The notes beneath the pieces were generated by a model. That model ran no database searches. It had not been told where the DNA came from and was given only the letters and a program-made list of their open reading frames with translations. A program made the translations under genes and the position numbers. Positions 23,236 through 36,922 of a stretch of DNA of 64,000 nt are shown piece by piece. The DNA comes from Octopus sinensis (taxonomy: Eukaryota): assembly GCF_006345805.1 (NCBI RefSeq), contig NC_042997.1:205406001-205470000 (forward strand), in the 5' to 3' direction. Numbering within the stretch: the first letter of the stretch is position 1; each line of letters starts with the position of its first letter.

Positions 23236-25581
23236 ATATCCTTAAATCCTTAAAAATGTTTTAGCCCGAAGGCCGCGGCCATGCTGGGGCACCACCGCTG
23301 AATGAGCTACACTAATTTGTGAATCCGCCTCTGATACGTGGCACTTGATCAACAAGGGAGTTCGATGATGCTGCCCGCATCCGCGTCTCCTGTCGTGAGG
23401 TAGGTTCATCTGGGACTCCCAACAAGAAGAGATCCAGTTTAGTTTTAAAGAAACCCACATCCACACTATGTAAGTCTCTCAGGCATTTAGGGAGGATGTT
23501 AAAGAGCTGTGGTCCTCTGAAACCCAAGCTGTTGCAGTATCTGTACCTGTATTTTGATGGTGATGTTGGAATCCTTGGCATCATGCAATGGCGCCCCGTT
23601 CTGTGGTTGGGGTAACTTTGAATGCCAAAGTTTGGGACAAGACCCTCCAGGATTTTCCAGATGTATATCACCGCATATCTCTCCCGCCTCCGCTCCAGGG
23701 AGAAGAGGTTTAATACCTTCAGTCTTTCCCAGTAGCTCATATTTTGCATTGAGACGATTTTCTTTGTGTAGCTTCTCTGAATTGCTTCGAGTTCTGCTGT
23801 TAGTTTTATATTGTGTGGTGACCACAGTTGGGAGCAGTAGTCCAAGCGGCTGAGGACGAATGTTTCCATAAGACCATCAGTGTCTCCTTCTCTCTTGTTC
23901 TGAAAGTTCGGAGAATCCATCAAGCTAGCCGTCTGCATTTTATCACCAGATTAGCAATATGCACTTGGAAAGATGCATCATTGCTCATGTCAATGCCCAG
24001 GTCATGCACTGATTTTGACTCAGGGATTGCAATTCTTCCTGGGCCAGTGTATCCAGTCTGCACGTCGTTTACCTTTGTGTGCCAGTAGTGCAGGACCTGA
24101 AACTTACCTGCATTAAACTGCATGTTGTTGTCCTCAGCCCACCTGTATATTGTGTCCAACCCTGTTGCAGATGCGCAATATTTTCAGGGTTTTGTATTGC
24201 GTGGGAGACTTTTGTGTCATCTGCATAGCTAGCAAGGGTGGTCATCAAAACAACTGAAGGCATGTGTGAAAGGGCCACTATGAACATCAGTGGCCCCAAG
24301 ACAGTGCCCTGTGGGACACCGCTTGTTATTTGTGTTTCCTTGGAGGTGACTCCATTGCTCACAACTGCCCATTTTCTGTCTTTTAGGAAGTTGTGCAGCC
24401 ACTCTCCAAGTTTTCCGCCTATGCCGAGACCACGCAGTTTGTGACATATCATACCATGGTCGACCTTATCAAAGGCTTTTGCAAAGTCGAGATATATTAC
24501 ATCCACATTTGAGCCATTTAGTAGCTGTTTCAACACCCAGTCATAGTGTTGCAGGAGCTGTGTTAGGCAGCTTCTACCGGGTCGAAATCCATGCTGGGTG
24601 TCAGACAGCAAGTCATTTTCTTCAAGGAACATGATTAGTTTCAGAGAGATAGGCCTATAATTTTTAGCATCTGCTCTGCTACCTCCCTTATGGATAGGGC
24701 ATATTACCCGCTCTTTCAATTTGACTGAGAGCTTACCACTTGCAAGAAAGCTCTGAAAAAGAAGCTGTAGCGGTTTTGCAAGGGCTCGTTTGCATGATTT
24801 GAGAAGGATCACTGGGAATCCATCAGGTCCAGCAGCTGAGTTTGTGTCAATCTCATCAATGGCTAGTGTGTGTGGCCCTGCACACTGGGACATATTTGTC
24901 ACATATGGCTTGTTTTATGGACATGAAGTGTTTGTGTTTCATGTTTATGTCCGGTGTGGAGAGACATTCAGGCCAATCCTGTTTGAGGATCTCTTTCTCT
25001 ATCAACTTCCAGTTGGCTTTATGAAAGTTTAAGTTGGAGAGATGGTGGATGCTTCGTATAGGCTGTGAGTCTACGGGGGCTTTTGTTCCATACATAGACA
25101 GCTCTATTATGTTGTGATCCGAGATCATTGTCGGCATCACATTAACATTATGGATAATATCCATATTGTTTGTGAAGCAGAGATCCAGTATATTATCTGC
25201 CCTTGTTGGTTGCAGAACTATTTGCTCCATGAAAGAGGCATTTGTGAGATGGAGCAGGGACTCTACCTGTGCCTGCTGATGGTGTGACATCCCTGGGAGC
25301 ATCTGCCCCCCAGGCCACTCCACATTGGGGAGGTTAAAGTCACCTATGAAGAATACACTGTTGTGTTGTTCAAGGTTGGTGAGGACTTCTCCTATTTTTG
25401 TTAGGCAGTCTTCAAACATGCCTGAGTGTTTTGGGGCATCTGGTGGGCGATATGTAGTGCATATGACGATATTCAGTTGTCTTATGTGTACAATTTGAGT
25501 TTCACACACTGAGTTTGAATATGACAGCAGGACCTGGGGCGTGAGGTCATCTCGGATGTACATTGCAACTCCACCATGGCA
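23236..25581 (-). mobile_element. CR1-group LINE family B, 5'-truncated, with two internal deletions
   Basis: APE 24856..25575, RT 24069..24902, C-terminus 23312..23938; tail ggtgccccagcatggccgcggccttcgggctaaaac. Confidence 0.92.
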
Positions 25582-25604
25582 CCATATGTATATATATATA
25601 CATA

Positions 25605-25654
<50 letters not shown>

Positions 25655-25656
25655 TA

Positions 25657-25691
<35 letters not shown>

Positions 25692-25721
25692 AGGCGCATG
25701 GCTCAGTGTGGCTTGTGTGAA

Positions 25722-26241
<520 letters not shown>

Positions 26242-26909
26242 TCCAAGATGGCGCCGAACTAACAACAAGTGTGTGTTAATGTGTCTCTCCTAAAGGTTAA
26301 AGAAGTCCTTCAAGAGATCGATGTTATCAGGAGTGAAATTTGTCTGAAAAGCGAATATAAGTGAAAGTACAACAAGACACTGTATTTGAGAAGAATAATT
26401 TCGCTTTTGATATAGTATTTGCAACTAGAACATACCTCGCGAATACATGTGATGAAAGCACGTGTGTTACGTCCTGAAATCGAAGCGAATTTTTTGTTTG
26501 TGTATTAACAAGACACAGTATTTTTGAGAAGGATATTTTCGCTTTTGATGTCGTATATCTGCGTGTTTTGAAAGCCTCTGAAAATTTGCTGCCTAATACC
26601 AAATTGCTTATGAAAATATAGAAAGTATCGTTAATTTTTGCATCTACGAAATCGGAACTCTATTCCTTCCTTTTGTTTACAAAATACAATTGAGGAATAT
26701 CAAAGGTCTATCTTGGTATCTATCTTCCTTTCTTATAAAACGGAATCAAGTTAAGTGTTCTCTCAGCCGGTAAGGTAAGAAAAATATTTATTTTTAGTGT
26801 TCTCTCAACCAGAAGATAATAATTTAAAAAAAAAAGATATAACAGATATAAAAAATACGCGCTATTCTATCTCTAACGCGTTTGTTTACATATTCGTCCT
26901 CCGTATCTG

Positions 26910-27810
26910 CCACACTCTCCCTCTCTCTCTTTCTTACATTTCTATTTCTATCTCTTTCATTTCTTACATTTCTATCTCTATCTTACATTTTTATACCTTA
27001 TCTGTCTCTCCATCCCCAGACCCTCTATTTCCGCTCTCACTCTCCCCTCCTCTCTCTCTCTCTCTCTCTCTCTCTGCCATCGTTTCTCTTTCTGCATCTC
27101 TCTCTCAGATCAACTTTCTCACATCTCACCCCCTCTCAGTTCCTCAACTTCACTCATTCTCTCTTGTATCTATATACCGCCCTCTTTCTCTCTCTCTCTG
27201 TTACTCCCCCTCCCTCTCTCTGCCTCACAGGTCAAACCCCTTTTCCTCTTCCCCTTCTGTCCCCTTATTTCTTTCTCTACACCACCCTCCCTGTCCTTTT
27301 ACTACACTCTCTTGCACCTTGTCACGCCCCCTCTTTCCCTCTCCCCCTTTTTCTTCCTACCTTTCCTCTCCCTGTCCCTCTAAGGCTCACCCCCTTGTCT
27401 CTTTTTTCCTCTTTCTGTCTCCTTCCTCCACACCACCCTCTCTGTCCCTTTACTTCACTCCTTGGTACCTCTATCCCGCCCTCTCTCTCTCTCCCTCTGC
27501 ATTTTATCTCTCCGCCTTTCTTCTCCCTGCTCCCTCTAGGGTCCATCCTCTTGTCTCTCTTTTCCACCCTGTCCCTTTACTTTCTTTCTACTACACCTCT
27601 ATCCCACTCACTCTCCCCCTGCTGACCTGCCATTCTTTCTCTTTTTTCCCTCTTTATTTTCTCTTTTTCTCTTTTTCCTCTCTTCTCTCAGGACAATCCC
27701 CTCGTCTCTCTCTCTATCCCCCCTGGCTTTTCTCCTTTCTCCTCTCCCTCTCCGGTCAATCATCTTATCTTCCCTTCTCTCTCCGTTCCTATATTACTCT
27801 CTCACTATAT
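26910..27810. repeat. About 900-bp (CT)-rich polypyrimidine low-complexity tract
   Basis: Direct inspection; it explains the spurious S/L/P-rich ORFs. Confidence 0.9.
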
Positions 27811-30800
27811 CTCAGGCGAAAATCTCAAGAAACTGGTCTGCGAGAGAGTTGCAATTGTTCGTCTGCGCTTGCAGGATTGCTGAGGACGACTCGCCGAACA
27901 ATATCATTGCAGCAGCGCTGAAGAGCAATGACTTTTCAAGAACCGCCGCCCAGATAGAGCGAAAGAAACGAGAATTTATCCGTTCATACGCTCTAATCAG
28001 GCAACATGTAGACGTTCTGGACATCATCCTAGGAGGTGACGGCACCAGGGAAGGCCAAAAGGATGAAGAAAACATCCAGAACCCAACGAAAAACAAAACC
28101 GAGAAACTTAGAACACTTTGAAAACAATGACACATGTCCAGCTCCCAACACCACGACTGAAGACCAAAGAAGTGCGATGGCTGCAAGAAAAGAAAAGCAC
28201 CCTAAAATTGATGGGAAACAGGAGGTAAAGGGCGACAAAATCAAAGCTAAAAGAAACCCTGTCCAGAGAAAACAAAAGGACCCCAGCAAGAACTATAAGG
28301 GCAAAGAAAGAAACATCTGCAAATTCTACCTGAAGGGGGACTGCTGGTACGGCGTCGAAGGTGCGAACTGTCGCTTTGCACATCAGAGGCCCTACCAAAA
28401 CCGCACGGACGCGAGACAGGGGTCCCTCCCTTGGGGAGAACAAACAGAAAACAGAAAAAGAAAGAGAAAAATATAAAAGAAGGAAAAAAAGCGCACTGAC
28501 CACTCCTGAAAGACGATATGCGGATGTGGTGCGCAGTAACCCAACAAATGGCCAGCTTCACCCAGATGTGAGAAGGGCAGCAGCTGAACAGCAATCTTTT
28601 TTGTGCATGGCACAAAAAATTGTTCAGCAGCTGACCTGGCTACAAGCACAAAGCTGGAACTACCACCACATAAGGCCACCACCAACAGATGCAGGATGGC
28701 CACCACAGACACCAACACCAACACACACACCACAAAAATATTTCTACTGAACGTAGGAGGGCTGCTGCGCAGAAACTGTAAAAAGAAAATTTCATTCCTG
28801 AGAGACCTTGTGACATGCAATCAAGCTATATGCATGGCACTCACAGAAACGCATCTTGAACCCGATATAGGTGATGCAGAAATACACATGCCGCAATATG
28901 TAGTCATACGCACAGATAGAAAAGGGAGGAGCCATGGTGGAGTTGCAATGTACATCCGAGATGACCTCACGCCCCAGGTCCTGCTGTCATATTCAAACTC
29001 AGTGTGTGAAACTCAAATTGTACACATAAGACAACTGAATATCGTCATATGCACTACATATCGCCCACCAGACGCCCCAAAACACTCAGGCATGTTTGAA
29101 GACTGCCTAACAAAAATAGGAGAAGTCCTCACCAACCTTGAACAGCACAACAGTGTATTCTTCATGGGTGACTTTAACCTCCCAATGTGGAGTGGCCTGG
29201 GGGCAGATGCTCCCAGGGATGACACACCATCAGCAGGCACAGGTGGAGTCCCTGCTCCATCTCACAAATGCCTCTTTCATGGAGCAAATAGTTCTGCAAC
29301 CAACAAGGGCAGATAATATACTGGATCTCTGCTTCACAAACAATATGGATATTATCCATAATGTTAATGTGATGCCGACAATGATCTCGGATCACAACAT
29401 AATAGAGCTGTCTATGTATGGAACAAAAGGCCCCGTAGACACACAGCCTATACGAAGCACCCACCATCTCTCCAACTTAAACTTTCATAAGGCCAACTGG
29501 AAGTTGATTGAGAAAGAGATCCTCAAATAGGATTGGCCTGAATGTCTCTCCACACCGGACATAAACATGAAACACAAACACTTCATGTCCATAATACAAG
29601 CCATATGTGACAAATATGTCCCAGTGTACAGGGCCAGCACACACAAGAACAAAAACAGGATCCCTAGAGAAAGGAGGATTCTTATGAGACGACGGACAAG
29701 GATTGCAAACCGCCTGAGCAAGCACACCAAAAGTGGTGAGAAGTCTCGGCTCGAAAGAATGCTAATGGAAACTGAGAAAAGTCTACATCAGTCCCATGAA
29801 AAGGAGAGAGCAGATAAAGAAGCTTGGGTAATAGAAAATATAAAATCAAACCCTAAAGCTTTCTTTAAGTTTGCCAAAGAGACAGCCACAGTGCACCAGA
29901 GAATAGGACCTCTCTTCCAAAAAGATGGCTCTCTCACAGGAAATCCCATGAGGATAAGTGAAATACTGAACGAACAGTTCCAAAGTGTGTTCACTACACC
30001 TCTAGGACACAGGCAAGTAAACAACCCAGAAGAATTCTTTGCCACTTTACCTGCGGCCAAAGAGACAAAAATTGAGTACATCAACATCGAAGATGATGAT
30101 ATCACACTAGCCATTGATGAGATTGACACAAACTCAGCTGCTGGACCTGATGGATTCCCAGCGATCCTTCTCAAATCGTGCAAACGAGCCCTTGCAAAAC
30201 TGCTACAGCTTCTTTTTCAGAGGTTTCTTGCAAGTGGTAAGCTCCCAGTCAAATTGAAAGAGGGGGTAATATGCCCTATCCATAAGGGAGGTAGCAGAGC
30301 AGATGCTAAAAATTATAGGCCTATCTCTCTGACCTCACACATCAGCAAAGTCATGGAATGAATAGTCCGTAAGAAACTAATCATGTTCCTTGAAGAAAAT
30401 GACTTGCTGTCTGACACCCAGCATGGATTTCGACCAGGTAGAGGCTGCCTAACACAGCTCCTGCAACACTATGACTGGGTTTGAAACAGCTACTAAATGG
30501 CTCAAATGTGGATGTAATATATCTCGACTTTGCAAAAGCCTTTGATAAAGTCGACCATGGTATGATCTGTCACAAACTGCGTGGTCTCGGCACAGGCGGA
30601 AAACTTGGAGAGTGGCAGCACAACTTCCTAAAAGACAGAAAGTAGGGAGTTGTGAGCAATGGAGCCACCTCCAAGGAAACGCAAATAACAAGCGGTGTCC
30701 CACAGGGCACTGTCTTGGGGCCACTGATGTTCATAGTGGCCCTTTCAGACATGCCTTCAGTTGCTACGATGACCACCTTTGCTAGCTATGCAGATGACAC

Positions 30801-30877
30801 AAAAGTCTCCCACGCAATACAAAACCCTGAAAATATTGCGCATCTGCAACATGAGCTGGGCACAATATACAGGTGGC
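27810..30877 (+). mobile_element. CR1-group LINE family B with ORF1-like region, APE and RT, 3'-truncated
   Basis: ORF1-like 27849..28476 with a CCCH finger; APE 28603..29530 (FLLNVGGL, LTETHL, HGGVAMY, YRPP, MGDFN, SDHN); RT 29567..30877 (to YADDTK). Near identical to 24069-25581 in inverted orientation. Confidence 0.9.
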
Positions 30878-31317
30878 CTGTAGGTAGACAGAGAACAAGT
30901 TTCATCAACAATATCATAGTAGTAACTGGTATTTCTTTCCATGAAGAAACTGCTATGATATTGTTAATGAAACTTGTTCTCTGTCTACCTACATACCCTC
31001 TTTGTGATTTTGGTTAATGGAATAACTATACAAATGAATCTTTTCAATTTAACTAAATTCTATATCTATATGCAGCTGAAGCTTGCTCTACATTTTAAAA
31101 CTGATGTAATACTTGCATTATTTAATTAAATGGAGTTGCATGAAACGATCGTACTGCATTACCTCTGGATATCCTTGTGGCTTATTTTGATTATAATCAC
31201 CCCATTTTGAATTATATGGATAATACCGTACTAAATTCTGGTGCCTTTAACTTAAGTACCATATTCAACGGAATCTAAATTTTTACTGAACTATATATAT
31301 ATATATATATATATGTA

Positions 31318-31400
31318 CTGTAAATCTTCGAGTATAATCCACATTTTTTCCCCAAAATTTGAAGGTCAAAATTCCTAGTGCATACTCTATACAAGGTTAA
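31318..31400. mobile_element. Tc1/mariner-pogo-like terminal repeat (one end only)
   Basis: TA|CTGTAAATCTTCGAGTATAATCC resembles pogo-type TIRs; the partner TIR was not found. Confidence 0.45.
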
Positions 31401-31904
31401 AAATGAAAAATGTTTTCTATTTGCTGTCCGGCAAAGTTTATTCAGACGCATTTTGTGATGTCGGGCATGAAAATACCTTAAGCTAAGCCTGAAAGCAATG
31501 AAGTCATAAAAAAATCATCCATAACTTGTAGTAAGCAACATTTAATAAAACAAAAGTATTCAGAACACAGACTAACATGTAACGAAGACAATTTGCAAAC
31601 ATATTTACATTCCCAAATAACAGTTAAGGACATCAACATTATTGTATTATGCATGCGCGGAAGTGTTTGTTCGACTAGGTGCTGCTGGCTTAATTACGGA
31701 CGAATTGTGCTTAATAGTTGAGCGCTAAATAGTTCCTTTTGCTGTTTGTATTGGCAGTTTGTATCATTACCGTGGCAAACAATAGATACTTAATTAAATA
31801 CCAGTATTAAATGTTTGAACTGCTGTTGGTCTGTACTAGGGTTTTTTTATAAGCGGGACTTAAACCTGTACATTAATCTCCAATAAAACATTTTCAGGGA
31901 GAAA

Positions 31905-32755
31905 CCACATTCCAGGGAGAAAAACTAGAAATAGTTGATAGCTTCCGTTACCTAGGTGACCAAGTCAGTAGCAGGACCGGGTGTGCTGAAAGTGTAACTG
32001 TTAGAGTAAGAATACCTGGGCAAAGTTCAGAGAGCTCTTACCTCTGCTGGTGACAAAAGGCCTCTCGTTCAGAGTAAAAGGCAGACTGTATGACGCATGT
32101 ATATGAACAGCCATGCTACATGGCAGTGAAACATGGGCCGCAGCTGCTGAGGATATGCATAAGCTCGCAAGAAATGAGGCCAGTATGTTCCGATGGATGT
32201 GTAATGTCAGTGTTCATACTCGACAAAGTGTAAGTACCTTGAGAGAAAAGTTGGACCTAAGAAGCATCAGTTGTGGTGTGCAAGAGAGACGTTTGCGCTG
32301 GTATGGTCATGTGGCAAGAATGAATGAAGATAGTTGTGTGAAAAAGTGCCACACCCTAGCGGTTGAGGGATCCTGTGGAAGAGGTAGACCCAGGAAAACT
32401 TGGGACGAGGTGGTGAACCACGACTTTCGAACTTTAGGTCTCACCGAGGAAATGACTAGTGACCGAGACCTATGGAAGTATGCTGTGCGTGAGAAGACCC
32501 AGCAGGACTAGTGAGAACTTAACCCATGGCCTCTACATGGGATGTAGCCAGTCCACTTATGCATACCTTTCCTTCCTGGGACACAAAACTCTACTTGTGA
32601 AGACCTTTTGAGGCAAGTGAGAAGCAGAATCAAAATCAAAATCAAAATCAAAAGCGATCAACATCAATGGAAATTGTAGCTGTGATACCAGTGCTGGGGG
32701 CTCGTAAGCGAACCATCCGAACGTGGCCGTTGCCAGTGCTGTCCTGACTGGCATC
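31905..32755 (+). mobile_element. RTE-X-like 3' fragment
   Basis: Highly similar to 21555-22160 (MLHGSETW..RLRWYGH..RGRPRKTW) plus part of the 3' UTR. Confidence 0.9.
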
Positions 32756-32789
32756 CTCTATGATGGTACATACCTTTGCCCCTCTGTCC

Positions 32790-34440
32790 CAAGCAACAAA
32801 ATCTGACCTGCTATGTTTACATTTGACAGAAGTTTTGATGGGAATATTTCATAACAGAGGAATTTTCTAAGTTTATTTCAAGACAGTTATTTTTTTTTGC
32901 AGATGGCATTGAAAATTGTTTTAGCGACAACATTGTGCTGCATAGGGAGGTAGTACCATGAAGACATTTTAAGACAGCTGCTAATCACATGCATGATGTC
33001 TTCCACTGAAACATGACATAGCCTACACATGCGGTTGCACTTTGGGATGACAAGAGCATCACTGTCTCTCTTGTTCACCAGGTACTTTGGGGCAATCTCC
33101 TCTTTCTGGATTGCAAACACATAGCCTTCAAAGCATGATGTGATGTAGTGGTCTTCACTCAAAGGCCGTCTGCACTGATTTCAGGCCTCCACCACCTTCA
33201 TTTCTTCTTAGGTAGAGTCTGTCCACATCACTGTTTCTTTGGAAGTTCCCAGTCGGTGTCAGGGTTTTGCAGGTTTTAATATGTATGGAGTGGATTTCCT
33301 CTGCAGACCAATCAAGTATCCCAAATGTTGGGGGTCAGCACTGGTATTGCAAATGCACTGTGGGATATTGTTTTGTTGCTAGAGGAGAGTTCTGACTGCC
33401 ATATTGTCCTAAGTCTGGTGTAACATTCTCAGGTCACTCTATTTTTATTCTCAGTGCTTTCATATATGTGCCCTAGGTATTTGTAACATTCTTTGTGTGG
33501 AATGGGGGAGATAGAGAGACTGTTGATGCACAGGTTTGGGGTTTGGGGGACTGACTTTCCTCGTTCTATGACCAAATACAAACATTTCTGTTGGCCAAAT
33601 TCCATGCCTATATCCGCTGAAAATGTTGTTACTAATTCCAGTTTGTATTTTGGCATTGTCAACGCTTTTAGCATAGATCTTGATGTTGTCTACAAAGAAA
33701 TTATGAGTTTCATTGATACTTCTAGCAGTTGAAGATCCTAGTATGTAGCCATTTGTTTTCTGCAGTAGGAACGATTATGGATTCAGTGGCAAAAGGAAAA
33801 GAAGTACAGAAAGACCATCTCCCTGGAATATTCCCTTTGAAATGCCTTTACTATCAGAAACAATTATTGTGTTCTCTGTTGGAAGGGTGAGAACTGTTGT
33901 CCATGTCTTTGTGAGTCTCTCTACAGAGACTCACAATTAGAGTGGAAGGTACCTTTGCCAGGTGTAGGCACTTCAACAGCCATGAGTGAGGGATAGAGTC
34001 GAATGCCTTCTTATAGACAAGCCATACTGTCACAAGATTTCTGCGTTGTTTTCTTACTTCAGACAGGACGGCTTTGTTTATTAAAAGTTGTTTGGCACAT
34101 CCCCACACTCCTTTCTTTCTATCAGCATTGTTCATCAGTCATAATGTTGTTCGACTCACAATGGACCTGGAGGAATTGGTTGTGGCAACTTGCGTGGGCC
34201 TGTAGATTCCTGCCATCTCGGTGATTTCATGTTTGGCAACAAGATTTTGTCCTTGCTGTAGCAAGCCAATGTGGCATATCAGCCTGACCTTCCATACTCC
34301 TTTTGAACTTACATATCAATTGGTTTCTTTACAAATGTCAGCATCTTGTACCAATATCCTCCTGTTAGGTCCCTTCCAGTTCTGCAGTTTATCTACTGCT
34401 ATAGAGAAAGGTTTCTGCATCACTTTTGTATGTTTCATCG
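32790..34440 (-). mobile_element. Degenerate R4/Dong-like (restriction-like endonuclease class) non-LTR retrotransposon
   Basis: GCAKQLLINKAV..WLVYKKAFDSIPHSW; FSADIGMEFGQQKC..YKYLG; FEGYVFAIQ..CRLC..EDIMHVISSC..HNVVAK (CCHC knuckle). This motif order is typical of the R4 clade. Confidence 0.75.
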
Positions 34441-34484
34441 TTTGTGTTGGTACAGTATTCTCTCTCAGTTGTATTTAACCATGA

Positions 34485-34540
34485 TGTATGTATGTATGTA
34501 TGTATGTATGTGTGTGTGTGTGTATGTATATATGTGTGTG

Positions 34541-34585
<45 letters not shown>

Positions 34586-34655
34586 ATATATTTGTGTGTG
34601 TAGGTACATATATATGTATGTATGTATGTATGTGTGTCTGTATGTGTGTGTATCT
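34485..34655. repeat. (TATG)n/(TG)n/(TA)n microsatellite
   Basis: Direct inspection. Confidence 0.95.
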
Positions 34656-35161
34656 CTTATTATAAAAGGCAGATTTTATCTGCCCTCCCTTTGGGAGTTA
34701 TACAAATCTACAATATAGGATTTCTTCAATTACAATTTACCTTGCATTTTTAAGAGTACAATGCATCGCGTCATGCCAGCTCCAGTTTTTAAAATTTAAA
34801 CTCCAGTTAAGCAAAATTTACAGAAAACTCACATTCTGGTGTGTGTCAAATGCTTTTCTTAATCTGGTTTACACCACACGCAAACGCACACACACAGTGG
34901 GCAACGAATAAAATGAAACTAATTCACTAACTGTAGTGAGTGATTCTTTCACTCTGCCTCCCACTTCTTCTTTCTACACAGACACGCAAATATATAAATA
35001 AAATTGTAAGCTAACGTGCGTGTGTGTGAGTGGGTGTGTGTGGGTGTGCGCGTGTGTGTGTGTGTGAGGGTGCGTGTGTGTGTGTGTGTGTGCGTGTGCG
35101 TGAGTGTGTGACAGGAAAGTTTTTTTACGACGAATATAACACCTATATCCAAGTAGCAGAA

Positions 35162-35399
35162 AGATAAGACAGTAAGGTGTGATTTGAGGGAGATTTGGCT
35201 GCTATTTCTACCATGTCTAGCTGCCATGTAGGGGTCTCCCTCATAGGCTCATACATACATATATATACATAGATAAGATAGTAAGGTGTGATTTGGGGGA
35301 AATTTGGCTGCTATTTCTACCAGGTCTAGCTGCCATGTAGGGGTCTCCCTCATAGGCTCATACATACATATATACATAGATAAGACAGTAAGGTGTGAT
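35162..35399. repeat. About 110-bp tandem repeat of a SINE fragment, running into the gap
   Basis: gataagacagtaaggtgtgatttg...gatttggctgctatttcta occurs twice, and a third unit begins just before the Ns. Confidence 0.8.
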
Positions 35400-35499
35400 N
35401 NNNNNNNNNNNNNNNNNNNNNNNNNNNNNNNNNNNNNNNNNNNNNNNNNNNNNNNNNNNNNNNNNNNNNNNNNNNNNNNNNNNNNNNNNNNNNNNNNNN
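35400..35499. other. Assembly gap (100 N)
   Basis: Exactly 100 N, which is typical of a scaffolding gap of unknown true size. Confidence 1.
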
Positions 35500-36049
35500 C
35501 ATATTTTTGCCTAGCAACTCATCAATTAACAATTTATTAAAGCATCTGCTACAAAAAGTAGCCTTTTTGTGCTCGATATCAGTTCATGTTTTGATTAACT
35601 GCTTCTTTTGATTAACCAAAGTATTAATTAGAGAATGCTGTAGTTCAGCATCATTTTTTTGAGTAAAAAATAGACATTTCCGTGTTTGATATCACTTTTG
35701 ATTACTGCTTTTTGTTTTGCCATAGTCGGCATCAATTTGGAGTAAAAATAGATGTTTTCCTGTTTGAAATCACTTTTTGATTACTACTTCTTTTTGAGCA
35801 GCCAACGTTTTTTGTTTTCACCAACTACAAGCACAGGTAGACAGTTTTTTGGCTTGCAACCTGTCTACGATTCTTTTACTGTTTTAAATAGCCCTTGTTT
35901 TTCCATCTGGGTCTGCTTCTGCCATTATCATTTTGATTATTGCTTTGCCATTGCTTAAATCGTGTGCTTATCGGTTGCCCCAAACTATCTCACTTAGTCC
36001 ACCAAAACTTAAATCCATTTAAAGTTCACTAATTTCAATAAATTGCTAA

Positions 36050-36922
36050 ATGCCCCCAAAGAGGAGTGTGCTCGCATTGAAGAAGGACAGCTGATTCAGA
36101 GGCTAAGAGGCCAGAACGGCCAATGAGGTGCCCCAAGACAGAGCTACCGATTAGCTCAGAATGCCACTGCCATGGCCAATGCAAGGGCAGTTGAAACCAC
36201 AGAACAAAAACACAGGCCTGCCATTCTCAAGATGCCACTGCCATTGCCAACACATGATCTACAGAAACCTCTGAGCAGAGGCGCACAGGCAATAGAAACA
36301 ATCTGCGCGTGCGAGGCTAGAGTTGAAATTTCAAGCCCAAAGCCTCAATTCTGGAGCATGAAAGGCCTTCAACTACGTTCCAACGATGAACTACTCCTCT
36401 CGCTCTGACATTCGTATTGGAAATATGTGCTCAATCTACGACCATTGCAGTGCAATGAAATGGCCCGGTGAGACACCCAGCATGTGCTGTTCCAAGGGCA
36501 AAGTCCAGCTCCCTCCTTTCAAACCCTCCACAGCCTCTTCAGGACCTTCTCACTGGCACTGTCCCAAGCTCATCGGATTTTCTACAAGCATCCGAAATCT
36601 ACAATTCTGCATCCAGATGACATTCTTTTGGCGCCAAAGTTGTCCAAGCGGAAGGGTGGATGCTCACCTTTAAGGTTGCAGGGGTAGTGTACCACCTGAT
36701 TGGATCTCTGCTGCCAACAAAAACAACAACTTACCGGCGAAGTCTAATGAATATCAATTACTCCCGCATAAAAGCTCCAACTAGCTCAAAAACAACAAAA
36801 CTGGCCCGGGCTGAAATGTGATAAGAAACTTACTCTTGATTTAGTGAGAAAATTTTACTGCGACCCAGCAATGAACAACAAGCATTAGCACTAGACTTGG
36901 CGACGCCAGGTCATAGTGCTAG
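36050..36922 (+). mobile_element. Internally deleted Helitron: RepHel N-terminal fragment plus 3' terminus
   Basis: IGNMCSIYDHCSAMKWPGETPSMCCSKGKVQLPP, then frameshifted QMTSFGAK..TFKV.GVVYHLIGSLLP. 3' hairpin cttggcgacgccagg (36896-36910) followed by CTAG|T at 36919-36923. Confidence 0.8.

Noticed and set aside
26797-27921. 374-aa and 247-aa Ser/Leu/Pro-rich ORFs
   Set aside because: A polypyrimidine tract lacks stop codons by composition, and no domain motif is present.
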